In this document: piece after piece, positions 63,398 through 64,000 of the stretch
Position numbering within the stretch: position 1 is the stretch's first letter
Layout of the letters: every line of letters starts with the position of its first letter
Assembly (NCBI GenBank): GCA_964507425.1
Contig: CAZDQD010000112.1
Span: 5,808-69,807 of the forward strand
DNA: 64,000 nucleotides
Direction of reading: 5' to 3'
Source of the DNA: an uncultured Vicinamibacteraceae bacterium
GTDB lineage: Bacteria > Acidobacteriota > Vicinamibacteria > Vicinamibacterales > UBA8438
The notes under the pieces: generated by a model
What the model saw: the letters and a program-made list of their open reading frames with translations, nothing else
Database searches by the model: none
What the model was told of the DNA's origin: nothing
Translations under genes and position numbers: made by a program

Positions 63398-64000
63398 ATG
63401 CGCATACGAAGCCTGACGTTGTTGCACTTGTCGTTCGTTCTTGTACTACTGGCTCCTGCGGTGGCAGTTGGCCAAGGGGCAGATTGGGAGTTGCCTCGGA
63501 CGGCCGATGGGCATCCAGATCTCCAGGGAGTGTGGGCTAACAACAACGCAACACCACTCGAGCGTCCACCGGAGTGGGCAGGCAAGGCAACACTTACAGC
63601 TGAGGAGCTCGCTGAGTTGCAGAATGCGGCGACAGAGGCTGTTGACGAAGGTGACGCGTTGTTTGGTGACCAGTTAGTGCTTGCGGCGATTAAGAAGACT
63701 CAGGCTGAGTCTTATGATCCGAGCACGGGCAACTACAATCAGTTTTGGATTGCTGACCGTGATTTTAATAACAGGACTTCATTGGTGATTGAGCCTGCCG
63801 ACGGCCGTATCCCACCAATGACGACATCGGGTCAGGCACGTCAACGCATGGTAAGCGAATATCGGGGGGAACACCCAGCTGACTCGTATACTGATCGTCC
63901 GTTGAGTGAACGCTGTGTGACATATGGCCATCCGCGGCTCGGGGCAGGTTACAACAGTTACTACCAGCTGTTTCAGAGTCGTGACCATGTCGTGATCTAC
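63398..64000 (+). CDS. 5' part of a secreted protein of unknown function, open to the window end and absent from the ORF track
   Basis: ATG 63398 is preceded by GGGAGAG. Hand translation MRIRSLTLLHLSFVLVLLAPAVAVGQGADWELPRTADGHPDLQGVWANNNATPLERPPEW... has no stop through nt 64000. Confidence 0.6.
   Translation, partial: MRIRSLTLLHLSFVLVLLAPAVAVGQGADWELPRTADGHPDLQGVWANNNATPLERPPEWAGKATLTAEELAELQNAATEAVDEGDALFGDQLVLAAIKKTQAESYDPSTGNYNQFWIADRDFNNRTSLVIEPADGRIPPMTTSGQARQRMVSEYRGEHPADSYTDRPLSERCVTYGHPRLGAGYNSYYQLFQSRDHVVIY

Noticed and set aside
1-64000. Scan for CRISPR arrays, tRNA/rRNA genes, transposases, integrases, prophage or known defence systems
   Set aside because: I saw no spaced direct-repeat arrays, no cloverleaf-compatible intergenic segments (the gaps are too short apart from rnpB), and no ORFs with DDE, tyrosine/serine recombinase, RT, nuclease-helicase or toxin-antitoxin hallmarks. 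This was a by-eye scan, so short or degenerate elements could be missed.

Overview
Gene-dense bacterial chromosomal window with moderate GC by eye. Most intergenic gaps are under 100 nt, many starts and stops overlap, and GTG/TTG starts are common. lpxD, a GT9 heptosyltransferase and several beta-barrel OMPs indicate a diderm. The domain repertoire (PSCyt1-like haem domains, CarboxypepD_reg, FG-GAP/ASPIC) suggests an uncultured Acidobacteriota- or Gemmatimonadota-like organism, but I cannot verify taxonomy from sequence alone.

Layout:
- 1-2.9 kb: ccmABCD cytochrome c maturation operon plus a coupled small ORF.
- 2.9-4.8 kb: aroK-aroA.
- 4.9-12 kb: mixed envelope genes (IMPase, YqaA/DedA, polyprenyl-P GT2, HYR-SGNH lipoprotein, OMP, hexapeptide acetyltransferase, lactate permease).
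- 12.3-32.5 kb: surface glycan/lipoprotein locus. It holds an AlgX/J-like SGNH, asnB, GlpD-like flavoprotein, three methyltransferases, an MprF-flippase-like membrane protein, an FG-GAP/ASPIC protein, three GT4s, an epimerase and a GT-C. It also holds two paralogous lipoproteins with a C-terminal domain I cannot assign.
- 32.6-43.9 kb: co-directional housekeeping array (ttcA, dtd, CPBP, OMP, dapF, larC, metG, TatD, IspB-like, ligA) ending in RNase P RNA (rnpB), which the ORF track does not show.
- 43.9-51.2 kb: amidohydrolase, epimerase, NfeD, ABC ATPase, GT9, lpxD, B12-radical SAM.
- 51.2-64 kb: secreted or membrane redox and unknown proteins. These include a cupredoxin, a haem c-PHM/DBH-like copper monooxygenase fusion, and an octahaem cytochrome operon with an endostatin-like lectin-fold protein and a His-rich 4-TM protein. 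A CarboxypepD_reg-cytochrome c protein and an alpha/beta-hydrolase-like protein follow.

I saw no CRISPR array, tRNA, rRNA, transposase, integrase, phage module or recognisable defence system.

The candidates for something undescribed are the paralogous-lipoprotein operon at 15.4-25 kb and the metallo-redox neighbourhood at 51-58 kb. Both rest on motif reading by eye and need profile and structure searches. Start codons I moved away from the ORF-track maxima are noted in the evidence for each feature.
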